Shown one piece after another: positions 48,112-57,363 of a DNA stretch of 64,000 nucleotides; position 1 is the stretch's first letter; each line of letters opens with the position of its first letter. Below the pieces are notes generated by a model. The model worked only from the letters and a program-made list of their open reading frames with translations. It did not search any database and was not told the DNA's origin. The DNA comes from a virus. Lineage: Duplodnaviria > Caudoviricetes. The DNA is taken from positions 1,366 to 65,365 of the IMG/VR virus record IMGVR_UViG_3300017754_001906. One strand, given 5' to 3'. Position numbers and translations under genes: made by a program.

Positions 48112-48377
48112 TGCGATGCCGACTTCGAGGTCGCTATTGGAAAATCATGCGAGGCAAGCTAGACGCCAAGCTGGACGGGCTGTGTGATGCTGACGCAAGG
48201 ACGATCACAATCCGCCGATCACTTGCCGGGGAACGCGAGCTGGAAGTGCTAATTCACGAGATGCTGCATGCCTGCCACTGGGATCTCGGCGAGGAAGCGA
48301 TCACCGAAACCAGCGAGGATCTAGCTCGGGTGCTATTCCGGCTGGGATATCGCTACATCAAGGAAGCAGGCTCTTAA
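48108..48377 (+). CDS. small zincin-like (HExxH) metallopeptidase
   Basis: LDGLCD...ITI...LEVLIHEMLHA...EE. Confidence 0.75.
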   Translation: MMRCRLRGRYWKIMRGKLDAKLDGLCDADARTITIRRSLAGERELEVLIHEMLHACHWDLGEEAITETSEDLARVLFRLGYRYIKEAGS

Positions 48378-48403
48378 TCTTGGGAATTTTTCCCACCATG
48401 CTA

Positions 48404-48431
48404 TTGCACGCTGGGGTGCGGTCGCTATGAT
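48404..48431 (+). promoter_or_regulatory. sigma70-type promoter for the recombination/replication block
   Basis: TTGCAC-16 bp-TATGAT in the intergenic gap, 60 bp upstream of ATG 48491. Confidence 0.5.
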
Positions 48432-48490
48432 TGGTGCGTCCTGGCAACGGTCAGGCTGACATATTTCGAGAGCATATTGGGAGATTTGCT

Positions 48491-49315
48491 ATGAGTGCTG
48501 ACATTCCGTCAGTGAAGTTCCGTGCCTCCTCCGTGGGCAATCTTTTAGTCGGCGGGAACGCCATCACCGACAAGCAGCTGGCTCGCATTCATGAACTGCA
48601 GCAGAGGCAGAGAGAGGGCTCGAAGCCTCTCACCGCTAACATGCAGGAGGAACTGAGTGAGTTGATTGCCAAGCGAGACGGAGAGTTTGAGTTTGGCGCT
48701 ACCGCCCTCAAGTACATTCGTGACGTGTGGTTGAAGAACACTTTCGAATACGAGGAGCCCGTGGTCACAAACGAGATGCTGAAGGGCTTGATGTGCGAGG
48801 AAGAGGCGATCGGCGTCCTGGTTCGCCATGTTCCAGGGGGCTTTCGGATCAAGAACGAAGAGTCTTGGTCGGACGATCATTTTGCAGGCACGCCCGATAT
48901 CGTTCTCGATGACATTGTGGAGGACATCAAGTGCTCTTGGTCCCTGCGAACGTTTGTAGAGACTACCAAGCCCGATTCTATGTACCGCGCCCAAGGGCAG
49001 GTTTACATGGCTCTCACCGGTGCATCGAAGTTCCGGCTGGCTCACGTGCTGCTTGATACTCCTCATGAGATTGTGGAGGAGGAGAAGAAGCGGTTTTACT
49101 TCCGATTCAATTGTGATGAGGAGAACAAGTACTACAAGGATGCCGTGAGCAAGGTGATGAAAATGCACACGGCGAGTCGCTTGATTCCGGAAGAGCACCG
49201 AGTCAAGACGTTTGAGTTTGATCGCGACGAACGGTTCATCGACAAGCTGCGGGAGCGAGTTGAGCTCGCTCGCAAGGTGTACGCATCAATGACTCTTGGA
49301 GGTGAAAATGAGTAG
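48491..49315 (+). CDS. PD-(D/E)xK exonuclease (lambda Exo/YqaJ-like)
   Basis: KGLMCEEEAI, GTPDIV, EDIKCSW, YRAQGQVYM. Confidence 0.85.
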   Translation: MSADIPSVKFRASSVGNLLVGGNAITDKQLARIHELQQRQREGSKPLTANMQEELSELIAKRDGEFEFGATALKYIRDVWLKNTFEYEEPVVTNEMLKGLMCEEEAIGVLVRHVPGGFRIKNEESWSDDHFAGTPDIVLDDIVEDIKCSWSLRTFVETTKPDSMYRAQGQVYMALTGASKFRLAHVLLDTPHEIVEEEKKRFYFRFNCDEENKYYKDAVSKVMKMHTASRLIPEEHRVKTFEFDRDERFIDKLRERVELARKVYASMTLGGENE

Positions 49316-49964
49316 CACTCTTAATCTGCATCAACGCATTGTTCAAATCATGGCTACTATGGGAGCTATTGGAAAAGGCGGGAAGGCGAATTACGGCGAT
49401 CGCTTCGAGTACCATCGCATCGACGATATCGACGAGAGGTTGCGAGAAGCATTGATATTGCACGGAGTGGTCGCAACGGTTGTTGATGTCATCGATGACT
49501 ATCTCGAGAGCTTTGAAGAGGTTGACAAATACGGCAAGCCGAGAACAACGTGGTCCGCTAAGTGCAAGATCAAGATAGAGCTGGTTAACGCTGACGATCC
49601 AACAGACAGAGCTTCCTTCATCGGCTGGGGTCATGGTTTGGATTACAGCGACAAAGCTACAGGAAAAGCTTTCAGTTATGCGGCGAAGGCTGCATATCTT
49701 TCAGCGTTCCACCTTCGAGGTCAGCCAGACAACGAGCAAGACAACATTACTCGCGGTGCATCCCCTGCGGAGCGTCCAGCAGCGTTTCACGTGACCGCAG
49801 AGCAGTCTCAAGAGATCGCTAAGTGGCAAGATGCTCTGGTTAAGTGCGAAACGCTCGATCAGCTCAATAAGATTGCTTTGGATTTAGTGAATAAGGAGGC
49901 ATGGCTGAAGAATCCGATGTATGCGGTGTATGCAGCGCGAAAGCGTGAAATCGAAAAGAAGTAG
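49308..49964 (+). CDS. ERF-family ssDNA annealing protein
   Basis: FEYHRIDDI...L...HG; GHGLDYSDKATGKAFSYAAKAAYLSAF; adjacent to the exonuclease. Confidence 0.82.
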   Translation: MSSTLNLHQRIVQIMATMGAIGKGGKANYGDRFEYHRIDDIDERLREALILHGVVATVVDVIDDYLESFEEVDKYGKPRTTWSAKCKIKIELVNADDPTDRASFIGWGHGLDYSDKATGKAFSYAAKAAYLSAFHLRGQPDNEQDNITRGASPAERPAAFHVTAEQSQEIAKWQDALVKCETLDQLNKIALDLVNKEAWLKNPMYAVYAARKREIEKK

Positions 49965-50003
49965 TGGTTTTTGAGAATCTGTTTTCATCTACTGGAGATT
50001 GAT

Positions 50004-50297
50004 ATGTCTGAAGAAGTATCTCAAGAAGTCGTCGAAGACAAGAAGGTCTACAACGAGGACGGGAGCCTGACGGTGGACAAGCGAGTGGAGATTTCCATCG
50101 CGGCATCGCGTTTTATTCGCGACATGAAGCGGTACGAAGAAGCCGTAAAAAACATGCACGATTCAGAGGCGGAATTAGAGTTAGCCTTTGAGGGCGTCGA
50201 GAATGATGTAGTCGTCAAGGTCGATTACGTCGCATATCTGGTTGGCGTTGATGAGTTCGGCGATTGTAGCGCCGAAAAGATTGAGTTCTTAGGTTAA
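50004..50297 (+). CDS. hypothetical protein
   Basis: GGAG RBS; acidic 97-aa ORF. Confidence 0.65.
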   Translation: MSEEVSQEVVEDKKVYNEDGSLTVDKRVEISIAASRFIRDMKRYEEAVKNMHDSEAELELAFEGVENDVVVKVDYVAYLVGVDEFGDCSAEKIEFLG

Positions 50298-50311
50298 GGA
50301 GTTGGTGGGTT

Positions 50312-50620
50312 ATGTCGGAAGATAGAAGAGCAGTGGTCTACGAAGACGAGTTGGCAGCAATAAAGGACAGTCGTGACCGCGACATGCCTATCTTTGCGTC
50401 GAAGTCGGAGTGCGGAAACCTGCATATTTGGATCGTTGCTGTAAGCGATCACCAAGCAAAACTGGCGATGCTAGATCATGTTTGGCCGATGGTGAAGCAC
50501 ACCAAGCGATCGCGGGACGAGCGTTACACAGAGCTTCTGGAGCGGGAGTACGCCTCTGCTTTAGTGCCGAAGCCCTCGGTTGACGGGGCATCGCCTGTTG
50601 AATTGCCAGTGTCGGCGTAG
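50312..50620 (+). CDS. hypothetical protein
   Basis: AAGGAG RBS; 102 aa. Confidence 0.65.
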   Translation: MSEDRRAVVYEDELAAIKDSRDRDMPIFASKSECGNLHIWIVAVSDHQAKLAMLDHVWPMVKHTKRSRDERYTELLEREYASALVPKPSVDGASPVELPVSA

Positions 50621-50686
50621 TAGAAGCTGAAGTTACTTTTACAGCCCTAGCCGCAAGGCGGGGCTTGTTCGGCAAAACAAAGGAGG

Positions 50687-51001
50687 ATGATTATGCCAGT
50701 GGCAGTAAATAGACCTACAGCAAAGCTGACCGAGCTGGAGCAGCATCTGGTCAAACTCGGCTTCAAGTCAGACGATAGAAAGCGATTCGACGAGGAATGC
50801 AAGCGTGATACCACACAGTCGAAACACAAGACGCCTCCTCGTTTTGCGTATCAGAGCGGACCAGTGAGGTTTATCACGGAGTCACGCGACTCACCGTTTT
50901 GGACCGTCCAGCGAAAGTCTGGTTCAAGCGTTTTGTGGTTCGTTGATTTCCCGCTCGACATCGGGCTCGAAATAGTCCTGAAGTTTATACAGATGGTTTA
51001 G
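50687..51001 (+). CDS. hypothetical protein
   Basis: AGGAGG RBS; 104 aa. Confidence 0.65.
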   Translation: MIMPVAVNRPTAKLTELEQHLVKLGFKSDDRKRFDEECKRDTTQSKHKTPPRFAYQSGPVRFITESRDSPFWTVQRKSGSSVLWFVDFPLDIGLEIVLKFIQMV

Positions 51002-51005
51002 GTGA

Positions 51006-52577
51006 TTGATGTTTGAGTTGCCAACACTGAGACCCTACCAAGAAGAATTGGTCAAGGAACTGCGAGCCAAGATCGTGGAGCACAAGAGCATCATTGCCTG
51101 CATGCCTCCAGGAGCTGGGAAAACTGTGGTCGCGAAGTATATCCTCGGATCGTATGCGAACAGGCAGAAGATGCTTAACGAGTCTGGACACGCTGCGTTC
51201 ATGGTTCACAGGAGAGGCTTGGTGCAGAATGCTGCAGATTCTTTTACGAGTCACCCAAGCCTTTCTCACGGGATCATCATGTCTGGTTGCGACACGGCTC
51301 CAGGTCGAGCGATCCAAGTGGCATCGATCGATACGGTGAACAGCTGGTATGTCAACCGCGACAAGTACACCACCAACTACACCTACGACTTTCTGGTGTT
51401 CGACGAGATCCACTCGCAGGTGAGCAAGTTCGTAAACTTCCTGAAAGCGCACAATGCGAAGAGGAATGAGCTTGGGTTGCGAGAACCGTTTGTGCTCGGG
51501 CTTTCCGCTACTCCTCAACACGAAGAGCTCAATCAGGTCTTCAAGGCGATAGTAAACGGACCATCCCCAGAGTGGTTAATCGGAAACGGCTTCCTGGCTC
51601 CGTTTCGGTACTTCCAAGCCACGCAAGGCAATCTTAGCCTCCTGGTCAAAAAAGGCGACGAGTACACGGAGGACAGCGTTGCGAAGGCTATGGAGGGGCT
51701 AGCCGGGGATCTCATCCGCGACTGGAAGAATTTGGGTGAAGGTCGCGCCACCGTGGGTTTCTTCCCCCGGAGAACGCACGCCTACGAAGCCATGAACTTA
51801 CTGAGAGCGAACGGAGTTGATGCTCATTACGTGGACGGAGAGACCGAGGACGAGGAGCGGCAAAAGTTGTTCCGCTGGCTGAACGATGGTCATATCGACT
51901 ATTTGTGCAATGTCGGGGTGATCGAGCGGGGTACGGATATCCCTCGGGTCGGTTGTGTCCAGCTTTGCACTGCCATTGGGTCTGTTGTTCGCTATCGCCA
52001 GATGGTTGGACGGGGATCCCGAGTTCACCCAGCAGTAGCGGATTGCATCGTACTCGATCATGCCAATAACATTCGTCGGCATGGTTTTTTTGAGGATGAG
52101 ATCGAGTGGTCACTGGATTGGGGTGAGCGTCCATCGAAAACACACGAACCGAGAGCGACTGTCGAATGCCCGAGCTGCGGAGCTGTCTATCGCGGTGGAA
52201 AGTGCAGTGCCTGCGGATACGAGCCAACCAAAAAGGAGTTGGAGTCGCAAAATCTAGAGTTTGTCGGCGGCGAGATGGTTGAGATAAAACGCGAGACGAA
52301 AGAGAAAAGGCTTACGTGCGAGCAGATGTTCGTGCAAGCGTTGTACATCGCTGGGTCGAGGGGCAAGAACTTCAAACAAGCGTGGGGTATTGCGAAGGGA
52401 TTGGCTACCAAGCAAGGCACGATGCTTCGCACGCCATCGCACATCACTGTCGCTGAAAGGCGATACCGCATGATTCCGTATGGTCACAGCGATGCCGAAA
52501 AACCAGTGCGTTACACGTATGGATTTACCGTTGGTGATTTCTCAAGAGAAGCGAACCCTTGGAGGACCAGTTCATGA
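51006..52577 (+). CDS. superfamily 2 (DExH) helicase with C-terminal Zn finger
   Basis: PGAGKT, VFDEIH, LSATP, GTDIP, QMVGRGSR; CPSC...CSAC. Confidence 0.92.
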   Translation: MMFELPTLRPYQEELVKELRAKIVEHKSIIACMPPGAGKTVVAKYILGSYANRQKMLNESGHAAFMVHRRGLVQNAADSFTSHPSLSHGIIMSGCDTAPGRAIQVASIDTVNSWYVNRDKYTTNYTYDFLVFDEIHSQVSKFVNFLKAHNAKRNELGLREPFVLGLSATPQHEELNQVFKAIVNGPSPEWLIGNGFLAPFRYFQATQGNLSLLVKKGDEYTEDSVAKAMEGLAGDLIRDWKNLGEGRATVGFFPRRTHAYEAMNLLRANGVDAHYVDGETEDEERQKLFRWLNDGHIDYLCNVGVIERGTDIPRVGCVQLCTAIGSVVRYRQMVGRGSRVHPAVADCIVLDHANNIRRHGFFEDEIEWSLDWGERPSKTHEPRATVECPSCGAVYRGGKCSACGYEPTKKELESQNLEFVGGEMVEIKRETKEKRLTCEQMFVQALYIAGSRGKNFKQAWGIAKGLATKQGTMLRTPSHITVAERRYRMIPYGHSDAEKPVRYTYGFTVGDFSREANPWRTSS

Positions 52578-52777
52578 ACGTCAAATTTCCGCTCAAGTGC
52601 GAAGAATGCAGCATGGAGGCGATCAAAGGTGAGCGTTATTGCAAATCTTGCAGGAGGGGCAAGATTACGGAGATGGTTGCCTCTGGATACTTTACGCCGA
52701 TAGTTCGAAGAGGTCCACGGAGAACACCAGACATGATGGAACTTCGGCACGAAACAGCATTTGGAATCGACAGATAA
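52574..52777 (+). CDS. small Zn-finger protein
   Basis: CEEC...CKSC; ATGA-coupled to the helicase. Confidence 0.6.
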   Translation: MNVKFPLKCEECSMEAIKGERYCKSCRRGKITEMVASGYFTPIVRRGPRRTPDMMELRHETAFGIDR

Positions 52778-52778
52778 A

Positions 52779-53645
52779 ATGGGCAAATGGAAACGAGTCA
52801 GTAGGCGAGAGCCGTGTCCCATCTGCGGCAAGCCAGACTACTGCGGTAGAACGGCAGACGGATCTGCTGTGAGATGCATGCGAGTCGAAAGCGAGAAGCC
52901 CGTCGAGGACTCGCAGGGAGGTCTTGGATGGCTCCACATGCTGTCATCCCCTCTACCACCGGTCGTGGTAACGAAGGAAGCAGAGAAGAAGCCTGACTGG
53001 ACAAAGGAGTGCAAAGCCATGTATGAGCACGCAGAAGCGCACGACAAGCGTTGCGAGCTGGGTGACCAGCTTCAAGTTAGCGTTGACGCACTAGACTCCA
53101 TGCGGGTCGGTGTAGGCTGGGACGAATGGAACAAGGCTGAGTTTTCGAGCTGGCCGAGCAGGGACTCGAACGGCGTTTGCATTGGTTATGTCCGCCGGTA
53201 TGCCGATGGAACAAAGCGAACTAACCCTGGTGGCTCAACCGGCGTATTCTACACTTCGGACTGGTTCACTAGAAAGGGACCACTGTGGATCGTCGAAGGC
53301 GGAAGTGACGTTGCCGCATGCGAATCCTCAGGTCTTTCGGCAGTCGGTCGCGCGTCAAATACGCACGGAGGTCAGTATATCAAGCGAATGATAAAACAAT
53401 GCTGTCCAGAAAAGCGGGTGATCGTGGTGGGAGAACGCGACGAGCGTCCGGATCGCCGGGGAATGGTGCCGAGTTGCACAGCCAATTGCCGGGGCTGTTC
53501 TTTCTGCTGGCCTGGACTATACGGTGCGAAGAAAGTAGCGGCAGAGCTAAATGCGGCTTGGGTTATGATCCCAGAGCCCTTTAAGGATATGAGGGAATTG
53601 CTGGCTGCGGGCGGTCTGTGGTTGGATTTGGTGGAGTTGTTCTAG
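52779..53645 (+). CDS. DNA primase-like protein (Zn-binding + TOPRIM)
   Basis: CPICGKPDYC; WIVEGGSDVAAC; FKDMRE. Confidence 0.8.
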   Translation: MGKWKRVSRREPCPICGKPDYCGRTADGSAVRCMRVESEKPVEDSQGGLGWLHMLSSPLPPVVVTKEAEKKPDWTKECKAMYEHAEAHDKRCELGDQLQVSVDALDSMRVGVGWDEWNKAEFSSWPSRDSNGVCIGYVRRYADGTKRTNPGGSTGVFYTSDWFTRKGPLWIVEGGSDVAACESSGLSAVGRASNTHGGQYIKRMIKQCCPEKRVIVVGERDERPDRRGMVPSCTANCRGCSFCWPGLYGAKKVAAELNAAWVMIPEPFKDMRELLAAGGLWLDLVELF

Positions 53646-53657
53646 GGGAAAGCTATT

Positions 53658-54962
53658 ATGCTTGTTGAAACAAAGGGGCGGATTATCCCGACTAAAATCG
53701 ATATTCAAGTCGAGAGTGGATGGGAGGTGTTCTGCCAAGAGGAAGCAAAACGACGCCAAGACCGCGACAATGCAAGAGCCGATGAGTGGGGCAAGGGGTT
53801 GTCTAAGGAAGCTCACATGGTGGGGCTAATTGGAGAATGCGCATTTGCGAAATACATGGGCAAGCACGTTGATTTCGGGAAAAACTATGACAACGGTTTT
53901 GATTTTGTGTGCGGAGGTATAAAAGTTGATGTTAAATCTACGGCATCTCAAAATATGCCTCTTGTAAAACAACTGAAAAAAAAGAAATGCCATAGATTTG
54001 TAATGGCTGTTGTGCGATCTGGGGTGGTGTCGCTACTCGGTTGGATAAGCTGGGAGGATGTGCAATCCAAGCCGCTAGTTAAAGCTTTGAAAGGAGAACA
54101 CATGAACCATGAGATTGCACCAGAAGACCTGCAGCCCATGTCTGAGATGAAACGCAGCAAACCCGGAGCGAATCTGCTTAGGTATCCAGGTGGGAAATCG
54201 AAGCTGTGGAACGGAAAGCTAGAGAAGGTGATGCCATCCGGAGGAGGGTTGTTTTCTCCAGAGCGGTATGTTGAACCTTTTGTCGGAGGCGGATCAGTCG
54301 CAATTAGGAATTTGATGAGAACCCGATTTCAATCAGTGTTGCTAGCAGATAAGGACTTCTCTCTAATTGAACTATGGAAGTGCGTTCGGGACAATCCATT
54401 GCTTCTCGCCGCAAAGGTCAGCTCATGGACACCAAATGTTGAGGACTGGTACAAGGCTAAGGAGCTTGATGGTGTTGCGGGAGACCTAGTTTCTATCGCA
54501 ATGAATAAGCTTATCCTGCAATACTGTTCGCATGGAGGCATTGGTTATTTGGCTGGTGGTCCTCAGGGAGGAAAAGAACAGAACAGCGACTATTTGATTG
54601 GCTGCAGATGGAACGCTGATAGGATCATACGAACCGTAATTGAGTTTTCCAAATTGCTCAAAGGCGTTGAGATAATTCATTGCGACTTCGAAGAAATCGA
54701 ACTTAAGAGCAAAGACTTCGTGTTTGCAGATCCTCCATACGCTGGTGCAGGTGAGGGCTTATATCGGCACGCCTTTTCAGTGAGCGACCATAAGCGACTG
54801 AAGGATTGGATCACATGCGGCGATCAAGATTGGGTAGCAACATATGACGACTGCACTTTGATTCGAGATCTTTACGCAGATCACGCCATATCGGAAATAG
54901 TGAACTCAACAGGCAACAACAATTCAAAGGTAGAATTGATTATCACGAAAGCCGCCACATAA
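53658..54962 (+). CDS. PD-(D/E)xK-like domain fused to a Dam/D12-class DNA adenine methyltransferase
   Basis: N-terminal GLIGECAFA...DFVCGGIKVDVKST; C-terminal LRYPGGKS, YVEPFVGGGSV, FADPPY. Confidence 0.85.
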   Translation: MLVETKGRIIPTKIDIQVESGWEVFCQEEAKRRQDRDNARADEWGKGLSKEAHMVGLIGECAFAKYMGKHVDFGKNYDNGFDFVCGGIKVDVKSTASQNMPLVKQLKKKKCHRFVMAVVRSGVVSLLGWISWEDVQSKPLVKALKGEHMNHEIAPEDLQPMSEMKRSKPGANLLRYPGGKSKLWNGKLEKVMPSGGGLFSPERYVEPFVGGGSVAIRNLMRTRFQSVLLADKDFSLIELWKCVRDNPLLLAAKVSSWTPNVEDWYKAKELDGVAGDLVSIAMNKLILQYCSHGGIGYLAGGPQGGKEQNSDYLIGCRWNADRIIRTVIEFSKLLKGVEIIHCDFEEIELKSKDFVFADPPYAGAGEGLYRHAFSVSDHKRLKDWITCGDQDWVATYDDCTLIRDLYADHAISEIVNSTGNNNSKVELIITKAAT

Positions 54963-55351
54963 TGCGAAAGCAACCGAGCAACAAACGGGTTCCAAGAACC
55001 AGAGCCGGAAACACATTAACAGAGGCTCAGTTCTGGGGATTCCTGCGTAGCAATTTGCGGCTGGCGTCTCGGAAGTGGGCTCCACGTAGAATGGTGCTAC
55101 AAGGGGCTAGGAGACCAAGCCAGAGCGACAATAAAAGGTTAAAGTGGGAGTTCCAGTGCGCTGAATGCAATCACTGGTTCCCGCAATCGGAAGTCGAGGT
55201 CGATCACATTGTTCCAGCTGGATCGCTTCGTTCATTTGAGGACATCGCCGGTTTCGTAGAGCGTTTATTCTGCGAACCGGAAGGGCTAGTGGTGCTATGC
55301 GAGCAGTGCCATCGAGCCAAAACTAACAGCTCGTCGGAGGATGTGATATGA
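54962..55351 (+). CDS. HNH endonuclease
   Basis: CAECNHW...VEVDHIVP...LVVLCEQCHRAKT. Confidence 0.85.
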   Translation: MRKQPSNKRVPRTRAGNTLTEAQFWGFLRSNLRLASRKWAPRRMVLQGARRPSQSDNKRLKWEFQCAECNHWFPQSEVEVDHIVPAGSLRSFEDIAGFVERLFCEPEGLVVLCEQCHRAKTNSSSEDVI

Positions 55352-55602
55352 GTGGGCAACAGCAACGTGACAATAGTGGAGTGCTTTTTAAGAACGACAA
55401 GAAAGGTGTGGAGAACAGACCAGACTACACCGGGAAAGCGACGATCAATGGGCAAGAGCTTCAGATCTCTGCGTGGATCAAAGCAGGGCAGAATGGATCG
55501 TTCATGAGTTTATCGTTCAGTGAACCAAGGCAGCGAGCCGAAGGCGCTCCTGGTGCAAATCGAGAGCGACCTCGCGTTGATCCAAAGGATATGCCGTTTT
55601 AA
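55348..55602 (+). CDS. small ssDNA-binding-like phage protein (DUF736-like)
   Basis: NSGVLFKNDKK...PDYTG...ISAW...FMSLS; ends in an acidic/aromatic tail DMPF. Confidence 0.6.
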   Translation: MSGQQQRDNSGVLFKNDKKGVENRPDYTGKATINGQELQISAWIKAGQNGSFMSLSFSEPRQRAEGAPGANRERPRVDPKDMPF

Positions 55603-56174
55603 TGCGAAACATGTCTGCTAAGGCTAGGGCGAGGTTCACTGAAGCCAAGCCCATCAGGGACAATCTTCGGCAGTCCGTTGGTCGATGCGAGGTTTGCGAC
55701 CGCGTATACTTCACTGGATCAGTGACTCCGCTCGATGTTCATGAGATATCAAGAGGGGTGCATCGCCAAAAAAGCCTCGACAAGCTGTTTGCCCTGCTCA
55801 TTGTATGCCGTTGGTGTCACGATCAACTCGGTGACGCTAGGCAGTGGTCCGAAGCTAAGCAGCTAGCATTGCTTGCCGAGCGAAGACTTTGCGACTGGGA
55901 TCTGGAAGCGTACCTAATGTTGACTTCACCGAGAGCAATGAAGCGAATCGAGATAGAGGAGGTGATCGCACACATGAAACCAGAACTGCTCAAAGTCGAT
56001 GAGGTTGCTGTTAGGATGCAAGTTAACCGGCGCACGGTGCAGAGCTGGATCGATAGCGGTGATCTGTCAGCAATCGACGTTCGACCAGACAAGGCGCAGC
56101 GTGCAATGTGGCGGGTTCAGCCGGGGGATCTACTCAAATTTGTACAACGACGAAAGTCAGCTGCGAGAGAGTAG
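55602..56174 (+). CDS. HNH-like Zn domain fused to an excisionase-type (HTH_17) DNA-binding domain
   Basis: CEVC...DVHEI...CRWCH; LLKVDEVAVRMQVNRRTVQSWIDSGDLSA. Confidence 0.7.
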   Translation: MRNMSAKARARFTEAKPIRDNLRQSVGRCEVCDRVYFTGSVTPLDVHEISRGVHRQKSLDKLFALLIVCRWCHDQLGDARQWSEAKQLALLAERRLCDWDLEAYLMLTSPRAMKRIEIEEVIAHMKPELLKVDEVAVRMQVNRRTVQSWIDSGDLSAIDVRPDKAQRAMWRVQPGDLLKFVQRRKSAARE

Positions 56175-56177
56175 CAG

Positions 56178-56220
56178 AAAAAGAAAAAGCCGGTGACGCT
56201 TCTAGTAGTGCCACCGGCTT
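56178..56220 (-). terminator. terminator between convergent gene blocks
   Basis: AAGCCGGTG...CACCGGCTT stem; on the minus strand followed by TTTTTCTTTTT. Confidence 0.7.
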
Positions 56221-56225
56221 GTGGG

Positions 56226-56681
56226 TTAAGCCATCTGCTCACTGTAAGTGAACAGGTAGGCGTCTTCATCGGTATCGCGGTAGAGATTCGGATTGATTCC
56301 TATCGCCTTGCAGTCCACGGCACGGAAGAACAACTGTGCTGGAAGGTTCGTCTCTCGCACGTCAAACACGATTTCTCTGCGTTTGATGTGATTCAGCTTC
56401 GACTTCAGCTTCGTCATCATTGCGGTGCCAACTCCAAGCCTTCTGAGATTTGGGTCTACCGCGATTGATAGCAGCTTGATGTGGTTCCTACACAGTTCGT
56501 AAACCATGTAGCCAGCGATCACGCCGTGCAACTCAGCGACCATGCCGATGCAGTTTCGTTGCCGCAGGCACTCGATGAAGTCCCGTTCGCCCCAAGGGAA
56601 CTCGAAACTCCCATGCTCGATAGCCATTACTTCGCGCATGTCGCGGCGTATTAACCAACGGATATGGATGTCACTCCTCAT
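56226..56681 (-). CDS. rimI: ribosomal-protein-alanine N-acetyltransferase (GNAT)
   Basis: HIRWLIRRDM..V.AIE..SFEFPW..DF..CLRQRNCIGMVAE, AVDP..RRLGVG, VRETNLPAQLFF, Y.DT.EDAY, matching Planctomycete RimI as I recall it. Confidence 0.85.
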   Translation of the reverse strand: MRSDIHIRWLIRRDMREVMAIEHGSFEFPWGERDFIECLRQRNCIGMVAELHGVIAGYMVYELCRNHIKLLSIAVDPNLRRLGVGTAMMTKLKSKLNHIKRREIVFDVRETNLPAQLFFRAVDCKAIGINPNLYRDTDEDAYLFTYSEQMA

Positions 56682-56850
56682 CTTTGCCCTCCGCAGCGAT
56701 CCTCAGCTCTAGTTCTTCTCGGTTGACGCTCACGTCTTTCGGCGCGTCAATCGCGAGGCGTATGGTATTGCCGATGACCTGATGCACCGTGACCCTTACG
56801 TTGTGATTGATTATAATCGACTCGCCTACTTTTCGTCGTAAAACTAACAT
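56671..56850 (-). CDS. csrA: carbon storage regulator CsrA/RsmA
   Basis: MLVLRRKVGESIIIN...VRVTV...IRLAIDAPKDVSVNREE. Confidence 0.93.
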   Translation of the reverse strand: MLVLRRKVGESIIINHNVRVTVHQVIGNTIRLAIDAPKDVSVNREELELRIAAEGKDEE

Positions 56851-56896
56851 TCCTTGCTCCTTCAACTTTAGTCCAACAAACCAAGCTCTCTAAATT

Positions 56897-57055
56897 CTAC
56901 CTAGCAATGCTCTTGGCATCATCACCAGATGGTTTCCTTGATTCCTCAATTTCAAACGAGATCGCGGGTTCACCGTTAACTCGCGTTATCGTAACCCTAG
57001 CTTTTTGCCCTGCGCATCCACAGCACAGCAGCAGCACAACAATCCATCTTGCCAT
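56897..57055 (-). CDS. small lipoprotein (below the ORF-track cut-off)
   Basis: MARWIVVLLLCCGC|AGQK... with a lipobox-like xxGC; GAGGG RBS; 52 aa. Confidence 0.65.
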   Translation of the reverse strand: MARWIVVLLLCCGCAGQKARVTITRVNGEPAISFEIEESRKPSGDDAKSIAR

Positions 57056-57078
57056 CTTGAGATCCCTCTAATTAAATT

Positions 57079-57252
57079 TTAGCGTGCAGAAACAACAGCA
57101 ACCTTGATTATGCCCTCGATTGCTTCGCGCTTGTGAATATAGATCACACGCAGCGAATACAATCCTAGTTCTTCGGGCAGGGTATCTAAGATCGCGCGGA
57201 TATCCAAGCCGATCTTGTTTCGCAGTGACTCAATCAACACTGCCTCGCTCAT
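57079..57252 (-). CDS. hypothetical protein
   Basis: MSEAVLIESLRNKIGLDIRAIL...VVSAR*, 57 aa filling the gap; start uncertain. Confidence 0.4.
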   Translation of the reverse strand: MSEAVLIESLRNKIGLDIRAILDTLPEELGLYSLRVIYIHKREAIEGIIKVAVVSAR

Positions 57253-57363
57253 CGGGTTGCATATTAGTTGCCCGTGATCGTCACAGAACTCGGCAATCTC
57301 GATTGGAATGGTGTTGACAATCGAACTCGCCTCATCGGCTTCAACTTGCTTAGTTCCCCGTAT

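Noticed and set aside
48545-49198. 217-aa minus-strand ORF, and similar shadows at 15711-16289, 30686-31405 and 40349-40981
   Set aside because: They are antisense to well-supported genes, lack motifs and RBSs, and are explained by codon bias.
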